From Planctomycetota bacterium (GTDB lineage: Bacteria; Planctomycetota; B15-G4), in the NCBI GenBank assembly GCA_038212275.1, contig JBBQUR010000008.1:1-64000 (forward strand): 64,000 nucleotides of DNA, written 5' to 3'. The stretch's first letter is position 1; every line of letters begins with the position of its first letter. The position numbers and the translations under genes were made by a program. Below the pieces are notes generated by a model, which saw only the letters and a list, made by a program, of their open reading frames with translations, did not search any database and was not told where the DNA came from. Of the stretch, positions 63,204 to 64,000 are shown in pieces.

Positions 63204-64000
63204 ATGCATCCGATCGACTGGGCCATCCTGCTCGGCACGCTGGGCTTCATCGTCGGCTATGGCGTGTGGAAGACGCGCCGCGACAACACGCGCGAGAACT
63301 TCCTGCGCGGCGGCAGCGACAGCCGCTGGTGGAGCGTCGGCCTGAGCGTCATGGCCACGCAGGCCAGCGCGGTGACCTTCCTCAGCACGCCGGGCCAGGG
63401 CTACCTCGACGGCATGGGCTTCGTGCAGTTCTACTTCGGGCTGCCGCTGGCGATGATCGTGATCGGCGCGGTCTTCATTCCGCTCTACTACAAGTGGAAG
63501 GTCTACACCGCCTACGAATTCATCGGGCGCCGCTTCGACGGCCGCGCGCGCCTGCTGACCGCCGGGCTCTTCCTGATCCAGCGCAGCCTGGCGGCCGGCA
63601 TCACGATCTATGCGCCGAGCATCGTGCTGAGCAAGGTGCTCGGCTGGCCGCTGTCGGGGACCTGCGTCTTCATCGGCGCGCTGGTCATCGTCTACACCAC
63701 CGCCGGCGGCGCGCGCGCCGTGGGCGTCACGCAGAAGCAGCAGATGGCCGTGATGTTCCTCGGCATCTTCACGGCCTTCGCGCTCACGCTCCACGCCCTG
63801 AGCGACACGCTTTCGGTCCGCGAGAGCCTGGCCGTCGCCCGGTCGCTGGGCAAGCTGGAGGTCATCGATCTGTCCTGGAATCCGGAGGAGAAGTACACGC
63901 TGTGGAGCGGCCTCCTCGGCGGCTTCTTCCTGCAGCTGTCCTACTTCGGCACGGACCAGAGCCAGGTGCAACGCTACCTGAGCGGGCAGTCGATCCAGCA
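63204..64000 (+). CDS. Sodium:solute symporter, runs off the window end
   Basis: MHPIDW, SVMATQASAVTFLSTPGQ, TAYEF..RRFD, YFGTDQSQVQRYL. Confidence 0.92.
   Translation, partial: MHPIDWAILLGTLGFIVGYGVWKTRRDNTRENFLRGGSDSRWWSVGLSVMATQASAVTFLSTPGQGYLDGMGFVQFYFGLPLAMIVIGAVFIPLYYKWKVYTAYEFIGRRFDGRARLLTAGLFLIQRSLAAGITIYAPSIVLSKVLGWPLSGTCVFIGALVIVYTTAGGARAVGVTQKQQMAVMFLGIFTAFALTLHALSDTLSVRESLAVARSLGKLEVIDLSWNPEEKYTLWSGLLGGFFLQLSYFGTDQSQVQRYLSGQSIQ

Noticed and set aside
60417..63971. 1184-aa minus-strand ORF
   Set aside because: Antisense shadow of the PIG-L and SSS genes.

Overview
Very GC-rich, gene-dense bacterial DNA with about 45 real CDS; most long ORFs in the track are antisense or off-frame shadows. 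The first ~5.8 kb reads like Betaproteobacteria (Burkholderiales): the yccA 3' end, a porin plus a TIGR03118 lipoprotein and DUF2325 behind two identical Fur-box-like sites, a thioesterase, an SBP and a Tat-MsrB. From ~5.8 kb on it reads like a Planctomycetota genome: DUF1570, cbpA/cbpM, a TIGR02999 ECF sigma with a divergent Ser/Thr kinase, a PSCyt/PSD1-DUF1501 cluster, mreB-mreC-mreD-pbp2-rodA-corA-mscK, an RND pump, a histone-like protein, fbp, an amino-acid ABC transporter, secreted proteins, a PIG-L deacetylase and an SSS symporter. The switch seems to fall inside msrB-msrA, so an assembly chimera is possible. The best candidate for an undescribed system is a ~120-aa C-terminal module (KG.xLV.P ... 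Q.W/F..D ... SN[AG]L) shared by unrelated signal-peptide proteins, including a choice-of-anchor L protein, which may be a lineage-specific sorting signal. Other notable points: a probable CTG-initiated secreted protein, a tandem-duplicated MreC, an H-NS/H1-like hybrid protein, a 50-aa doubly coupled repeat ORF, and two gene remnants. No rRNA, tRNA, CRISPR array or transposase was seen. All family assignments come from motif recognition by eye; no searches were run.
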